From assembly GCA_937961665.1 (NCBI GenBank), contig CALGMO010000082.1:2122-66121 (forward strand): a DNA stretch of 64,000 nt. Reading direction: 5' to 3'. Source of the stretch: an uncultured Fimbriimonadaceae bacterium. GTDB lineage: Bacteria; Armatimonadota; Fimbriimonadia; Fimbriimonadales; Fimbriimonadaceae. Below the pieces are notes generated by a model. That model did no database searches and was not told where the DNA came from. It worked only from the letters and a program-made list of their open reading frames with translations. The stretch's first letter is position 1. The number at the start of each line of letters is the position of its first letter. A program made the position numbers and the translations under genes. Below, piece after piece: positions 28,562 to 37,695 of this stretch.

Positions 28562-29458
28562 ATGAAAAGAGCATTCACCTTGATCGAGCTTCTGGTCGTG
28601 ATCGCCATCATCGCGATCCTCGCCGCCATCCTCTTCCCGGTCTTCGCGCAGGCCAAGGCCGCCGCGAAGAAGTCCAACGCACTCAGCCAGGTCAAGCAGC
28701 TCGGCACGGCGTGGCAGATGTACGCGGCCGACTGGGACGACCGGGCGGTGCACGTCAGCTCCGGCGGACCGCAGGGCGTCAACCGCAGCGACTACTGGGT
28801 CTTCATGCTGCCGTACTACAAGACCGTCGACCTGCTGTTCAGCAGCGAGCGGACCGAGACCGGCTGCTACTACCACAACGCCAACGACCGCATCAATACG
28901 CCCTGGGGGTACGCGATCTACAAGCTGAACCCCACCGGCCGCTGCCTCGGCTACGGCTACAACTGGGGACCCCAGATCTACGCCGGCGGGGGAGTCCTGG
29001 ATCAGGTCCAGTACATCAACGGCGACCCCGCGCAGGGAACCGTGCAGGCCGGCCGGGCGCTGACCTCGTTCGTGGAGCCGGCGAACCTGTTCGTCTTCGG
29101 CGACACCTACGACACGCCCCGGCCTACGATCGGCATGTACCCGAACAGCGCGGGCGGCAAGGCTTGGATCCTCGACACGTTCCCCGTCACCGCGAGCACC
29201 CGTCAGAGCCAGTTCCGCTGGGGCGGCAAGTTCAACATGGCGTATGCGGACGGGCACGCCGGCAGCGTGCAGTTCAAGGGTGGCCTGACGGAGGGCGTGG
29301 GCTACGTGTACGTCCCCGCGGCCGAGAAGAACCGCCTGGCCTACTGCGCCAACCCGGACGAGCAGCTCGACGGCAGCCGCTTCAGCCTGGGCATGATCGC
29401 CTGCCGCGAATTCGTCAACATCCCGTACACCAGGAACACGCAGTGGTCGCCCGAGTGA
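28562..29458 (+). CDS. Prepilin-type N-terminal cleavage/methylation domain protein (pseudopilin-like, DUF1559/H-X9-DG type)
   Basis: MKRAFTLIELLVVIAIIAILAAILFPVFAQAK class-III signal and the C-terminal NMAYADGHAGSV motif. Confidence 0.85.
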   Translation: MKRAFTLIELLVVIAIIAILAAILFPVFAQAKAAAKKSNALSQVKQLGTAWQMYAADWDDRAVHVSSGGPQGVNRSDYWVFMLPYYKTVDLLFSSERTETGCYYHNANDRINTPWGYAIYKLNPTGRCLGYGYNWGPQIYAGGGVLDQVQYINGDPAQGTVQAGRALTSFVEPANLFVFGDTYDTPRPTIGMYPNSAGGKAWILDTFPVTASTRQSQFRWGGKFNMAYADGHAGSVQFKGGLTEGVGYVYVPAAEKNRLAYCANPDEQLDGSRFSLGMIACREFVNIPYTRNTQWSPE

Positions 29459-29643
29459 TCGTCCTGCTGTCGGCCGTCCTCTGGATCTCCGGGTGCGGGC
29501 AACCCGCCCGGAATCTGGAGGCGGAGCAGACCCAGCCTCCGGCCGACCTCGAGGCCGGCAAGAGCGCCAAGACCATCGAGGAGTGGGCCCGGGCCAACCC
29601 CAACAACGGCTTGCCGGGCAGCGGCGAGGACGGGGGCAAGTAG
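29455..29643 (+). CDS. Small lipoprotein (62 aa), hypothetical
   Basis: The GTG start overlaps the preceding stop (GTGA 29455-29458). Lipobox LWISGC, followed by a hydrophilic tail. Confidence 0.5.
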   Translation: MIVLLSAVLWISGCGQPARNLEAEQTQPPADLEAGKSAKTIEEWARANPNNGLPGSGEDGGK

Positions 29644-29663
29644 GTCCCCGTCGCATGGAACGC

Positions 29664-29685
29664 GGGCGCGCCGCAAGGCGCGCCC
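29664..29685. terminator. Perfect 9-bp GC hairpin with GCAA tetraloop between convergent genes (candidate bidirectional terminator)
   Basis: GGGCGCGCC (29664-29672), GCAA, GGCGCGCCC (29677-29685). Only a weak T tract follows (CCTTCCGTTT). Confidence 0.5.
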
Positions 29686-29710
29686 CCTTCCGTTTGCCGC
29701 CGACGGGGAA

Positions 29711-30829
29711 TCAGTAGACGCACTCGCGGGCGGCGTCGGCCATCGCCCGAAGGTTCTCCACGGGCGCGTCGAAGAAGTGGTCCGACGCGCAGCAGATGTA
29801 GCCCCCGTCCGGTCCGAAGCCCTCGAACAGCCGGCGAACCTCCCTTCGAACGTCCTCGGGCGTGCCGGCCGTGAGAACGTTGTACTGGTCCAGACCGCCG
29901 ATCATCGCGATCTTCCCCCCGAACACGCGCCGCACGGCGGCCGGATCCCCGATGTTTCCACCCACCCCGGGCGGGGAGAGCGTCTCGCTCGCGTCGCAGC
30001 CGTTCTCCAGGATCTGGTCCAGGATGTTCATCATCCCGCCGCAGGTGTGGTAGGTCGACTTGTGACCCACGGCGCGGAGCGCCTCGTGGATCTTGCGGTC
30101 GTACGGCAGGCAGAACTCGCGGTGCAGCGCCGGGCCGATCACGGTGTCGCTGCTGGCTCCCCCGCCGGTCTCGATCAGGTCGTATCTCGCGCCGGCGAGC
30201 GACTCCTCGATGAACCGAAGCTTCTTCTCCAGCAGGATCCGCAGGAGCTCGTGGACCCAGTCCGGGTTGTCCAGGCACTCCAGCACCAGCTCGGCGGTGT
30301 CCTTCATGGTGCAGGCGTGCTGCCAGCAGCCGGCTTGGTCGCCCCACACGGCGCCCCGCAGGATGCCGTCGTCGCCGATCCGATCGTACTCGCGGCGGAT
30401 CCGGTCCTTGTCGAGCCTGCCCACCGGCATGTACTTCTCGATCAGCCGGATGTCCTCGTGGTGCTTGATCAGGTACTCGGTGACCCAGATCGTCTTGCCG
30501 TCGCCCTCCGTCTGGTAGGTGAGGGTTCCCTCCGGCGTCTCGATGGTGTGCCGCACCACGGGGTGCGTGGGCGAGTCGTCCAGGATGGTCGCGGTGTCCC
30601 GCCACTCGGGGGTGCTGAGCCCGCCGGTCACCGGGTCCGCGTAGTACTGGCCCATCGCCTGGAAGTCTTGGATGGCCGCGTCGAGCCCCACCGCGCGGAA
30701 CGCGTCCAGGGCGTCCATGCCCCCCATGTAGGTCTTCAGGTGGTAGTCCTGCCACTGGTGCAGGGTGGCCGCGAGCCGGTCCGGCTTGCCGAGGTTCAGC
30801 GCGGTGAGGAGGCGTTCCTTGGGCGTCAT
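29711..30829 (-). CDS. Uroporphyrinogen decarboxylase (URO-D) family protein of unknown substrate
   Basis: 372 aa. TIM-barrel pattern with ...HTCGG...NILD..., and a C-terminal part typical of URO-D/MtaA-like proteins. It lies 15 nt downstream of rhaM. Confidence 0.7.
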   Translation of the reverse strand: MTPKERLLTALNLGKPDRLAATLHQWQDYHLKTYMGGMDALDAFRAVGLDAAIQDFQAMGQYYADPVTGGLSTPEWRDTATILDDSPTHPVVRHTIETPEGTLTYQTEGDGKTIWVTEYLIKHHEDIRLIEKYMPVGRLDKDRIRREYDRIGDDGILRGAVWGDQAGCWQHACTMKDTAELVLECLDNPDWVHELLRILLEKKLRFIEESLAGARYDLIETGGGASSDTVIGPALHREFCLPYDRKIHEALRAVGHKSTYHTCGGMMNILDQILENGCDASETLSPPGVGGNIGDPAAVRRVFGGKIAMIGGLDQYNVLTAGTPEDVRREVRRLFEGFGPDGGYICCASDHFFDAPVENLRAMADAARECVY

Positions 30830-30844
30830 CGTGATCCTCCCGAA

Positions 30845-31183
30845 TCAGTCGGTGTGGAAGACCTCCTCGCACTCGGCCCACCACTCGCCGGGTGCGCGGT
30901 TCTCCAGGCCGAACTGCATCGGGTCGGTGATCTTCCACCACTCTTGAGTCTTGGGGCAGCGGGCCATCTTGGCCATGTCGGCCTCGTGGTCGTCGCCGAC
31001 GTACTCGTAGTAGCTGAACAGGTACCAGCGCCCGTCCGGCATCCGTCGCAGGAAGATCGAGTAGTTGCGGATGTTGCAGTCCCGGATGGTCTGCAGCACC
31101 TCGGGCCAGACCTCGCGGTGGATCCGCTTGTACTCCTCGATCTGGTCCTCGCGCAATCCGACGACTTTCGCGTATCGCCTCAT
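30845..31183 (-). CDS. rhaM: L-rhamnose mutarotase
   Basis: MRRYAKVVGLREDQIEEYKRIHREVWPEVLQTIRDCNIRNYSIF...YYEYVGDD... matches the RhaM/DUF718 pattern. Length 112 aa. Confidence 0.85.
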   Translation of the reverse strand: MRRYAKVVGLREDQIEEYKRIHREVWPEVLQTIRDCNIRNYSIFLRRMPDGRWYLFSYYEYVGDDHEADMAKMARCPKTQEWWKITDPMQFGLENRAPGEWWAECEEVFHTD

Positions 31184-31280
31184 GCTGGGCCTCCTGAAGC
31201 CATTGTAGCGGGATCGGCCCGGCCCGTCCAGCGGTGGAGTATCCTATGCGGGCCGGTCCGGGAACCGGCGACCCAGCGCC

Positions 31281-32468
31281 ATGAGGCTTCTCAGGACGAC
31301 CGTTCCGACGCTGATCCTCGCCGCCACGGCTCTCGCCGGGGCCGTGGAGGTCGGCGCCAAGAGCGCCGCCGTCTTCGACGCCGCCACCGGCAGGATGCTG
31401 TGGGGCAAGGATCCCGACACCCCGCGGTACCCCGCCAGCACCACCAAGATCCTCACCGGCCTGCTGGTCGCGGAGCGGTGCCAGCCCGACGAGGTGATCG
31501 TCGCCCCGCCCGACACCGAGACCGTGACGGGCAGCAGCATGCACCTGCGTCCCGGCGAGAGGGTCACGGCGCGGCACCTTCTCGCGGCGATCCTCCTGCG
31601 CAGCGCGAACGACGGCTGCCACGCCGCCGCCGTGCACCTGGCCGGATCCGACGCCGCCTTCGCCCAAGTGATGAACGAGCGCGCGCGGCAGATCGGCTGC
31701 ACCGGCTCGCACTTCAACAACCCGCACGGCCTGAACGACAAGAACCACACCTCGACCGCGCGGGACCTCGGCCGAATCGCCTGCGAGGCGATGCGCAACG
31801 AGTGGTTCGCCGAGACCGTGCGCCAGCGCAAGTGGCTGCTCGAGCGTTCGGCCAATCAAGAGGACCTGTGGCTGTTCAACAAGAACAAGCTGCTCGCGGC
31901 CGACCCGACCGTGGACGGCGTGAAGACCGGCTACACGACCGAGGCCGGGCACTGCTTCGTGGGCAGCGCCACGCGCGGAGGCGTGCGGGTCGTGACCGTC
32001 GTGCTCGACAGCCCGGACTGGAAGAAGGACACCCGCAATCTGCTGGAGTGGGCCTTCCGCACGCACGGCCAACGGACGGTGGTGCGCAAGGGCGCCCCCG
32101 CGCCACCCGCCCCGGTCCAAGGCGGCGCCGAGCGCGCCGTGGCGACCGTCGTCGCGGAGTCGCTGCGCCTGCTGGTGCCGCTCGGCTCCCGGCCGGAGCT
32201 TCGTGCGACGATGGTGCCGACCGCGCTGCGGGCGCCGATCCGAAGAGGGCAGGTCGTCGCCACCGTCCGCTTCGAGGACGGACGGGGTTGGAGCGGGGAA
32301 GTCCCGCTCGTCGCCGCCGCCGACGTGCCCGAGGCGACGCTGGCCCAGCGGGTCGCGCGCAGGCCGCTTGTGCTCGCCGCCGCTTGCGGCGTGCCGCTCG
32401 CTTGGGTCTACGTGCGGCGCAAGGCTTCGAGATCCCGCAGGAGGAGCTATGGCCGAAGGCGATGGTGA
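31281..32468 (+). CDS. D-alanyl-D-alanine carboxypeptidase (S11, PBP5-like)
   Basis: Signal peptide, active-site SxxK (PASTTKIL), SxN (RSANDG) and KTG (VKTGYT). Confidence 0.88.
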   Translation: MRLLRTTVPTLILAATALAGAVEVGAKSAAVFDAATGRMLWGKDPDTPRYPASTTKILTGLLVAERCQPDEVIVAPPDTETVTGSSMHLRPGERVTARHLLAAILLRSANDGCHAAAVHLAGSDAAFAQVMNERARQIGCTGSHFNNPHGLNDKNHTSTARDLGRIACEAMRNEWFAETVRQRKWLLERSANQEDLWLFNKNKLLAADPTVDGVKTGYTTEAGHCFVGSATRGGVRVVTVVLDSPDWKKDTRNLLEWAFRTHGQRTVVRKGAPAPPAPVQGGAERAVATVVAESLRLLVPLGSRPELRATMVPTALRAPIRRGQVVATVRFEDGRGWSGEVPLVAAADVPEATLAQRVARRPLVLAAACGVPLAWVYVRRKASRSRRRSYGRRRW

Positions 32469-33264
32469 GGCGGAAAGGCTTCACAAGAGGATCGCGGCGA
32501 GCGGCCTCTGCAGCCGGCGCGCGGCCGAGGAGCTGATCCGGCAGGGCCGGGTCTCCGTGAACGGCCGGATCGTCACCGAGCTCGGCACCAAGGTCGGCCC
32601 GGACGACCGGGTGGAGGTGGACGGCCAGCCGATCGCCCGGCCGCGGAAGGTCGCGCTGGTGATGAACAAGCCCGAGGGGGTGCTCACGACCCTCAGCGAC
32701 CCCCGAGGCCGACGGACGGTGGCGCATCTCCTTCCGCGCCTGGATGTGACGGTCAAGCCGGTGGGCAGGCTGGACATGGACACGTCGGGTGTGCTGCTGT
32801 TCACCAACGACGGGGAGCTCGCCGCCCGGCTGACCCATCCGCGCTACGGCGTGGTCAAGGAGTACCGCGCCGAGGTGCGGGGCGTCCCCGACGAGAAGGA
32901 TCTGGAGCGGCTGCGCAAGGGCGTGCACATCGAGGGCGGGAAGACGGCTCCGGCGGAGGTGCGGCTGATCGGCACGCGCCAGGGCGGCGATTCCGCCGTG
33001 GTGGTGCTGCGCATCCACGAGGGGAGGAACCGCCAGGTCCGGCGGATGATGGAGGCGGTCGGCCATCCGGTCCTCAAGCTGCGGCGCACGCGCTTCGGCC
33101 CGATCTCCGCGTCGAGGATGGCGCCGGGCGAGTGCCGGATGCTCGGCAGGGAGGAGCTCGATCGGCTCCGCGTGCTGGTCGGCCTGCCGCCGGAGGAGCG
33201 GTCCCGTGAGGGTCGCCGCCCAGGGGGCCGGCCCCGGAAGGGCGACCCTCGCGGCGACGGCTAG
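32449..33264 (+). CDS. rluB: Pseudouridine synthase, RluB/RsuA family (S4 domain plus catalytic domain)
   Basis: The internal Met start gives the S4 domain ERLHKRIAASGLCSRRAAEELIRQGRVSVNG and the catalytic GRLDMDTSGVLLFTNDG. Arg/Gly-rich tail. It overlaps the dac gene by 20 nt. Confidence 0.8.
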   Translation: MAEGDGEAERLHKRIAASGLCSRRAAEELIRQGRVSVNGRIVTELGTKVGPDDRVEVDGQPIARPRKVALVMNKPEGVLTTLSDPRGRRTVAHLLPRLDVTVKPVGRLDMDTSGVLLFTNDGELAARLTHPRYGVVKEYRAEVRGVPDEKDLERLRKGVHIEGGKTAPAEVRLIGTRQGGDSAVVVLRIHEGRNRQVRRMMEAVGHPVLKLRRTRFGPISASRMAPGECRMLGREELDRLRVLVGLPPEERSREGRRPGGRPRKGDPRGDG

Positions 33265-34289
33265 AACTGGAACTGGTCGATGTTGTCCTTGGTGAACACC
33301 AGGATGTCGCCGAGAAGGACGTTGTCGCCCTCGACCCTCTTCTCTCCCAGCCGACCGGCCTTGACCGTCGGGTCCGTGCCCTTGAACGTCCCGCGCACCA
33401 GCTGGGCGGCCACCTGCACGGTCAGGTAGCCCAGGTCCTTCGTGTTCCAGAGGATCACGGACTTCACCGTGCCGTCCTTGACGTACGCGCGCATGTCGTT
33501 GGGCGTGCTGAGGCCCGTCACCTGGACCTGTCCCGCCTTCCCGGCCTGCTTGATCCCCTCCGCGGCTCCTGGGAACGCCGTCGAGCTGATGGCCAGGATT
33601 CCCTTCAGGTCGGGGCTGGCCTTGATCAGGTCCTGGGCCGCCTGGAACGCGAGCTTCTGGTCCTCGTTCGAGGGCACCACCGATCCCAGGCGCAGGTTCG
33701 GATACGCCTTCAGCCTCTCCTTGATATGGACGATCCACTCGTTCTGGTTGGCCGCCGTGGCGGTGGCGGTGATGATCGCCACCTCGCCCTTCACGTCCTT
33801 GCCGCCCATGTCCTTGACGAGCGTGTCGACCAGCGCGGTGCCGATCTGCTCGGCGGTGGCCTGGTTCACGAACACCTCCCGCGCGTCGGACGGAGCGTCG
33901 GCGTCCCAGGTGATCACCTTGACGCCCTTCTGCCGGGCGGCCTTCATCGCGGGCGCCAGCACGTTCGGATCGTTCGGCGACACGCAGATCGCGTCGACGC
34001 CCTGCAGGGCCCACTTCTCGACCATCGCGGCCGCCTTCTCCGGCGAGCCGTCCGTCGGGCCGTCGTAGATCAGCTCCACGTCCAGCTCCTTGGCGGCCTC
34101 CTGCGCGCCCTCCGCGCACGACGTGAAGTAGGGGATGCCTTTCTGCTTGGGCAGCAGGCAGATCGTGATCCGCCCCTTTTCGCCCTGCGTCGGCCCGTTG
34201 GGCGAGCCCTCCTGCCCCTGCGGACCGCCGCAGCCGCCGATCAGCAACATTGCGGCCGTCGCGGCCGCCAGCAGCGTCTTCGCACGCAT
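33261..34289 (-). CDS. Sugar ABC transporter substrate-binding lipoprotein, RhaS-like (CUT2)
   Basis: Lipobox LLIGGC. Periplasmic-binding-protein type I pattern (…GIPYFTSCAEGAQEAAKELDVELIYDGPTDGS…VDAICVSPNDP…VITWDAD…) resembles rhamnose/AI-2-type binding proteins. Confidence 0.8.
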   Translation of the reverse strand: MRAKTLLAAATAAMLLIGGCGGPQGQEGSPNGPTQGEKGRITICLLPKQKGIPYFTSCAEGAQEAAKELDVELIYDGPTDGSPEKAAAMVEKWALQGVDAICVSPNDPNVLAPAMKAARQKGVKVITWDADAPSDAREVFVNQATAEQIGTALVDTLVKDMGGKDVKGEVAIITATATAANQNEWIVHIKERLKAYPNLRLGSVVPSNEDQKLAFQAAQDLIKASPDLKGILAISSTAFPGAAEGIKQAGKAGQVQVTGLSTPNDMRAYVKDGTVKSVILWNTKDLGYLTVQVAAQLVRGTFKGTDPTVKAGRLGEKRVEGDNVLLGDILVFTKDNIDQFQF

Positions 34290-34293
34290 GGTC

Positions 34294-35232
34294 TCAACCT
34301 CCTTCGACAGACCCGGCTGGGCGACGGGAGATTACCCCGTTGAGGGTCACCGCTCCGATCAGCAGCGCTCCGACCACCACCAGGTTCAACACGTCGTTGC
34401 TCCACCGCCAGCCGACGAACTGCCTCACCTCGTGCAGCACCGCCAGCCCGAGCGCCGTGCCGACCAGCGTGCCCCTGCCGCCGAAGATGCTCGTTCCACC
34501 GAGCACCACCGCCGTGACGACCTCCAGCTCGATGCCCGCGCCGACGTCGGCCTTGGCGGTGTTGCGCCTGGCCGTGAACAGCACGCCGGCAACCCCGGCC
34601 ATCAGCCCCGAGAACGCGTACAGCGAAGCCTTCAGACGGTCCACGTTCCACCCGCTCGCGCGCGCCGCGGACTCGCCCAGGCCGATGCCGTAGATCCGGC
34701 GTCCCAGAACGTGGCGGGCCAGCACGGCCGTTCCCGCGAGGGTGAGGGCCGCGAACAGGCCGACGGCCGTCCAGCCCTGGCCGATCCGAAGGAACGTGTC
34801 GGGAAACCCGCTGACCGGCCGGGCGGCGCTGACGCCCTCCGCCAGACCCCGGAACGCGGACATCGTGCCCAGGGTGACGATCAGCGGGTGCACCCGGAAC
34901 CGCGTGACGAACCACCCGTTGAGCGCCCCGCACAGCAGCCCCGCCGCCAGCGCGGCCGCGGCGCACGCCTCCACGGGCCACCCAGACCGGAAGCCCAGCC
35001 CGAACAGCACCGACGCCAGCGCCATGACGGAGCCGACGGAGAGATCGATGCCGCCGGTGATCACGATCAGGGTCATCGGCACCGCGAGCAGCGCGGTCTC
35101 GCCGATCTGGGGAAGCAGGCCCGACTGCACCCGCCAAGAGACGAAGGCCGGGTCGGTCCGCCAAGCCGCCACGAGCAGCGCCGCCAGAAGGGCGGCGAGA
35201 CCGGCCTCGTGCGTCGCGATGAGCCGCCTCAC
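34294..35232 (-). CDS. Sugar ABC transporter permease (RhaQ-like)
   Basis: 312 aa, polytopic, with ITGGIDLSVGSV and LGGTSIFGGRGT motifs of CUT2 permeases. The GTG start overlaps the upstream stop (GTGA 35229-35232). Confidence 0.85.
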   Translation of the reverse strand: MRRLIATHEAGLAALLAALLVAAWRTDPAFVSWRVQSGLLPQIGETALLAVPMTLIVITGGIDLSVGSVMALASVLFGLGFRSGWPVEACAAAALAAGLLCGALNGWFVTRFRVHPLIVTLGTMSAFRGLAEGVSAARPVSGFPDTFLRIGQGWTAVGLFAALTLAGTAVLARHVLGRRIYGIGLGESAARASGWNVDRLKASLYAFSGLMAGVAGVLFTARRNTAKADVGAGIELEVVTAVVLGGTSIFGGRGTLVGTALGLAVLHEVRQFVGWRWSNDVLNLVVVGALLIGAVTLNGVISRRPAGSVEGG

Positions 35233-36179
35233 GCCCGGGCCTCCCTGCGCCGTCCGGCGGCGTCCCCCATCACCGCGGCCAGAATCAGCGCGCCTTGGAT
35301 CGCCCGCTCCCAGTACAGGCTGCTCTCGCCCAGCTGAAGGAAGATCAGCACGGTCCGCACGGAGCTGAGCAGCAGCACGCCGAGCACGACCCCGAGGATC
35401 GTTCCCGTGCCGCCGCGGATCGACACTCCGCCCACCACCACGCACGTGACCACCAGGAGCTCGAAGCCCACGCCCACGCCGCTGTCGACCAGTGAGAGCC
35501 GGGGCACGCTCACCAGGGTGGCCAACGCCACCAGCAGGCCGGCCAGGCCGAACGCCGCCAGCTTCGTGCGCCCGACCGGAATGCCCGCCAGGCGCGCCGA
35601 GTCGGCGTTCGAGCCGACCGCGAACACCCGCCGTCCCCAGGCGGTGCGGTTCGCCAGAAGCCACGTGAGGGCCACCACGGCGGCGCACGCCGCGATCGGC
35701 ACCGGCACCCCGAGCACCGAGCCCGTTCCCCAGGCGCGCAGACCGTCCGGAAGGCGGGTGATCCACTTGCCGCCCATCAGAAGCTCGTTGGCGCCCTTCA
35801 GCACCGAAAGCATCCCCAGGGTGACGATGATGCTGGGCACCCTCACCAGCGACACCAGGACGCCGTTGAGCAGCCCCACCCCCAGCCCCAGGGCGAGCGT
35901 GGCCGCCACGGCCAGCGAGGGCGGAAGCCCGAGGCGGTCGGGCGACGAGAGCGTGCCCGCGACCGCGGCGCACAGACCCAGGAGCGAGCCGATCGAGATG
36001 TCGATCTCGCCGGACGCCACGACCAGCATCAGTCCACAGGCCGCGATCAAGGTCGGCGCGGCCGCCAGCATCAGGTCGGTCAGGTTGCGGGGGCTCAGAA
36101 AGGCGGGGTTGATCGCCGTGGCCAAGGCGCAAAGCAGCGCCAGAACGAGCGCGGGGCCGGGAACGCCGCGGAGCCTCAC
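35229..36179 (-). CDS. Sugar ABC transporter permease (RhaP-like)
   Basis: 316 aa, with SGEIDISIGSLL and VGGVSIRGGTGT motifs. The GTG start overlaps the ATPase stop (GTGA 36176-36179). Confidence 0.85.
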   Translation of the reverse strand: MRLRGVPGPALVLALLCALATAINPAFLSPRNLTDLMLAAAPTLIAACGLMLVVASGEIDISIGSLLGLCAAVAGTLSSPDRLGLPPSLAVAATLALGLGVGLLNGVLVSLVRVPSIIVTLGMLSVLKGANELLMGGKWITRLPDGLRAWGTGSVLGVPVPIAACAAVVALTWLLANRTAWGRRVFAVGSNADSARLAGIPVGRTKLAAFGLAGLLVALATLVSVPRLSLVDSGVGVGFELLVVTCVVVGGVSIRGGTGTILGVVLGVLLLSSVRTVLIFLQLGESSLYWERAIQGALILAAVMGDAAGRRREARA

Positions 36180-37666
36180 GCCGCTCCCTCCTCCGGGAGG
36201 ATCAGCGACAGCAGCGCCGGCTCCGAGAACTCGCTCCGGCGGAGCTCTCCGCTGATCCTGCCGCCCCGCAGCGCCACGATCCGGTCGCACAGGGCCAGCA
36301 GCTCCGGCATGTCGGAAGACGCCGCCAGCACCGCGGCACCCTCGGCGGCCAGTCGGCGGACCAGCTGGTGCACCTCGTGCTTCGCGCCGACGTCCACCCC
36401 GCGCGTCGGCTCGTCCAGCAGCAGCAGGCGCGGACCCAGGAACAGGCCCTTGGCCAGAACCACCTTCTGCTGGTTGCCTCCGCTCAGCGACGAGGCCGGG
36501 GCGCGCACGCCGGCGCACTTGATCTGCAGCAGCCGAGCCATGGCCTCCGCCCGCGCCCGCTCGGCGCCGGGCGAGATCCAGCCGAGCCGGGAGACCGCGC
36601 CGAGCGACGCCATCGACACGTTCCAGGAGACGGGCCAGGAAGGAATCAGGCCCTGGCGGTGCCGGTCCTCGGGCACCAGGGCCACGCCCGCGGCGAGGGA
36701 CGAGGGGACGCTGCCGGGCCGCAGCGCGCGGCCGCCGACCGTCGCTTTGCCCTCGCGGAAGCGCCGGAGGCCGTAGATCGCCTCCAGGAGCTCGGTGCGT
36801 CCGGCCCCGACCAACCCCGCCAAGCCGACGACCTCTCCCGAGCGCACCTCCAGACTCACGCCCTCGAACGCGCCGGGCAGGCTCAGCCCCTCGACCCGGA
36901 GCACCGGGCCGCCGGCGGCCGCGGTCTCGGTGGACGGAGCCTCGGGCACCTCCCGCCCGACCATCCTCCGGATCAGGCCGTCACGGTCCGTCTCCCGCGC
37001 GGGCAGGGTGTCCACCTTACGTCCGTCGCGCAGCACGGTGATGCGGTCGGCCAGCGCGAACACCTCGTCCAGCCGGTGGCTGACGTACAGCACCGACACG
37101 CCCCGCTCCCGCATCCGGCGGACCACGGCGAACAGCGCGTCGGTCTCGCGGGCCGAGAGCGCGGCCGTCGGCTCGTCCAGGATCAGCAGCCTGCACTCGC
37201 GCACCAGCGCGCGCGCCAAAGCCACCATCTGCCGCTGGGCCATCGGAAGCTCGCCGACCGGCCTCGCCAGCGGCAGATCCTCGCCCAGCTCCCGCAGCGC
37301 CTCCCGGGTGCGGCGCACCATCGCCCGGCGGTCGAGGAGCGGGCCGCGCCGAGGCTCCCACCCTAGGAACACGTTGTCGACGGCATCCAGGTCGGGGAAC
37401 GAAACCGGCTCCTGGTGGATGGCCGCGATGCCGGCGGCCTCGCACCGGTGCACTCCCTCGGGCAGGGGCGCTCCCAGCCAGAGGACTCGCCCCGCGCTGG
37501 GCCTTAGAGCTCCGCAGAGGATGCGGATCAGCGTGGACTTGCCCGCTCCGTTCTCTCCGCAGAGCGCGTGCACCTCTCCCTCGGCGATGTCGAGGTTGAC
37601 CCCGTCGAGCGCCCGCACGCCGCCGAAGCTCCGTCCCAAACCCTCGGTGCGAAGCAGCTCCGCCAT
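36176..37666 (-). CDS. Sugar ABC transporter ATP-binding protein with two nucleotide-binding domains (RhaT-like)
   Basis: Walker A GENGAGKST, a second NBD with GLVGAGRTE, LSGGNQQK signature and Walker B LLLLDEPTRGVD. Confidence 0.9.
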   Translation of the reverse strand: MAELLRTEGLGRSFGGVRALDGVNLDIAEGEVHALCGENGAGKSTLIRILCGALRPSAGRVLWLGAPLPEGVHRCEAAGIAAIHQEPVSFPDLDAVDNVFLGWEPRRGPLLDRRAMVRRTREALRELGEDLPLARPVGELPMAQRQMVALARALVRECRLLILDEPTAALSARETDALFAVVRRMRERGVSVLYVSHRLDEVFALADRITVLRDGRKVDTLPARETDRDGLIRRMVGREVPEAPSTETAAAGGPVLRVEGLSLPGAFEGVSLEVRSGEVVGLAGLVGAGRTELLEAIYGLRRFREGKATVGGRALRPGSVPSSLAAGVALVPEDRHRQGLIPSWPVSWNVSMASLGAVSRLGWISPGAERARAEAMARLLQIKCAGVRAPASSLSGGNQQKVVLAKGLFLGPRLLLLDEPTRGVDVGAKHEVHQLVRRLAAEGAAVLAASSDMPELLALCDRIVALRGGRISGELRRSEFSEPALLSLILPEEGAA

Positions 37667-37674
37667 CCCTCGGC

Positions 37675-37695
37675 AGGGCAGGTTACCCCTGCCCT
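37675..37695. promoter_or_regulatory. 8-bp inverted repeat AGGGCAGG/CCTGCCCT in the divergent region between the two sugar ABC operons
   Basis: Read directly: 37675-37682 and 37688-37695 with a 5-nt spacer. It could be an operator or a 5' leader hairpin. A CATAAT -10-like hexamer lies at 37745-37750. Confidence 0.3.

Noticed and set aside
33261-37666. Treating the four-gene CUT2 ABC importer as novel
   Set aside because: It is a standard ATPase (double NBD), two permeases and a binding lipoprotein, with RhaSTPQ-like sequence patterns. Only the gene order (T-P-Q-S) and the missing regulator are slightly unusual.
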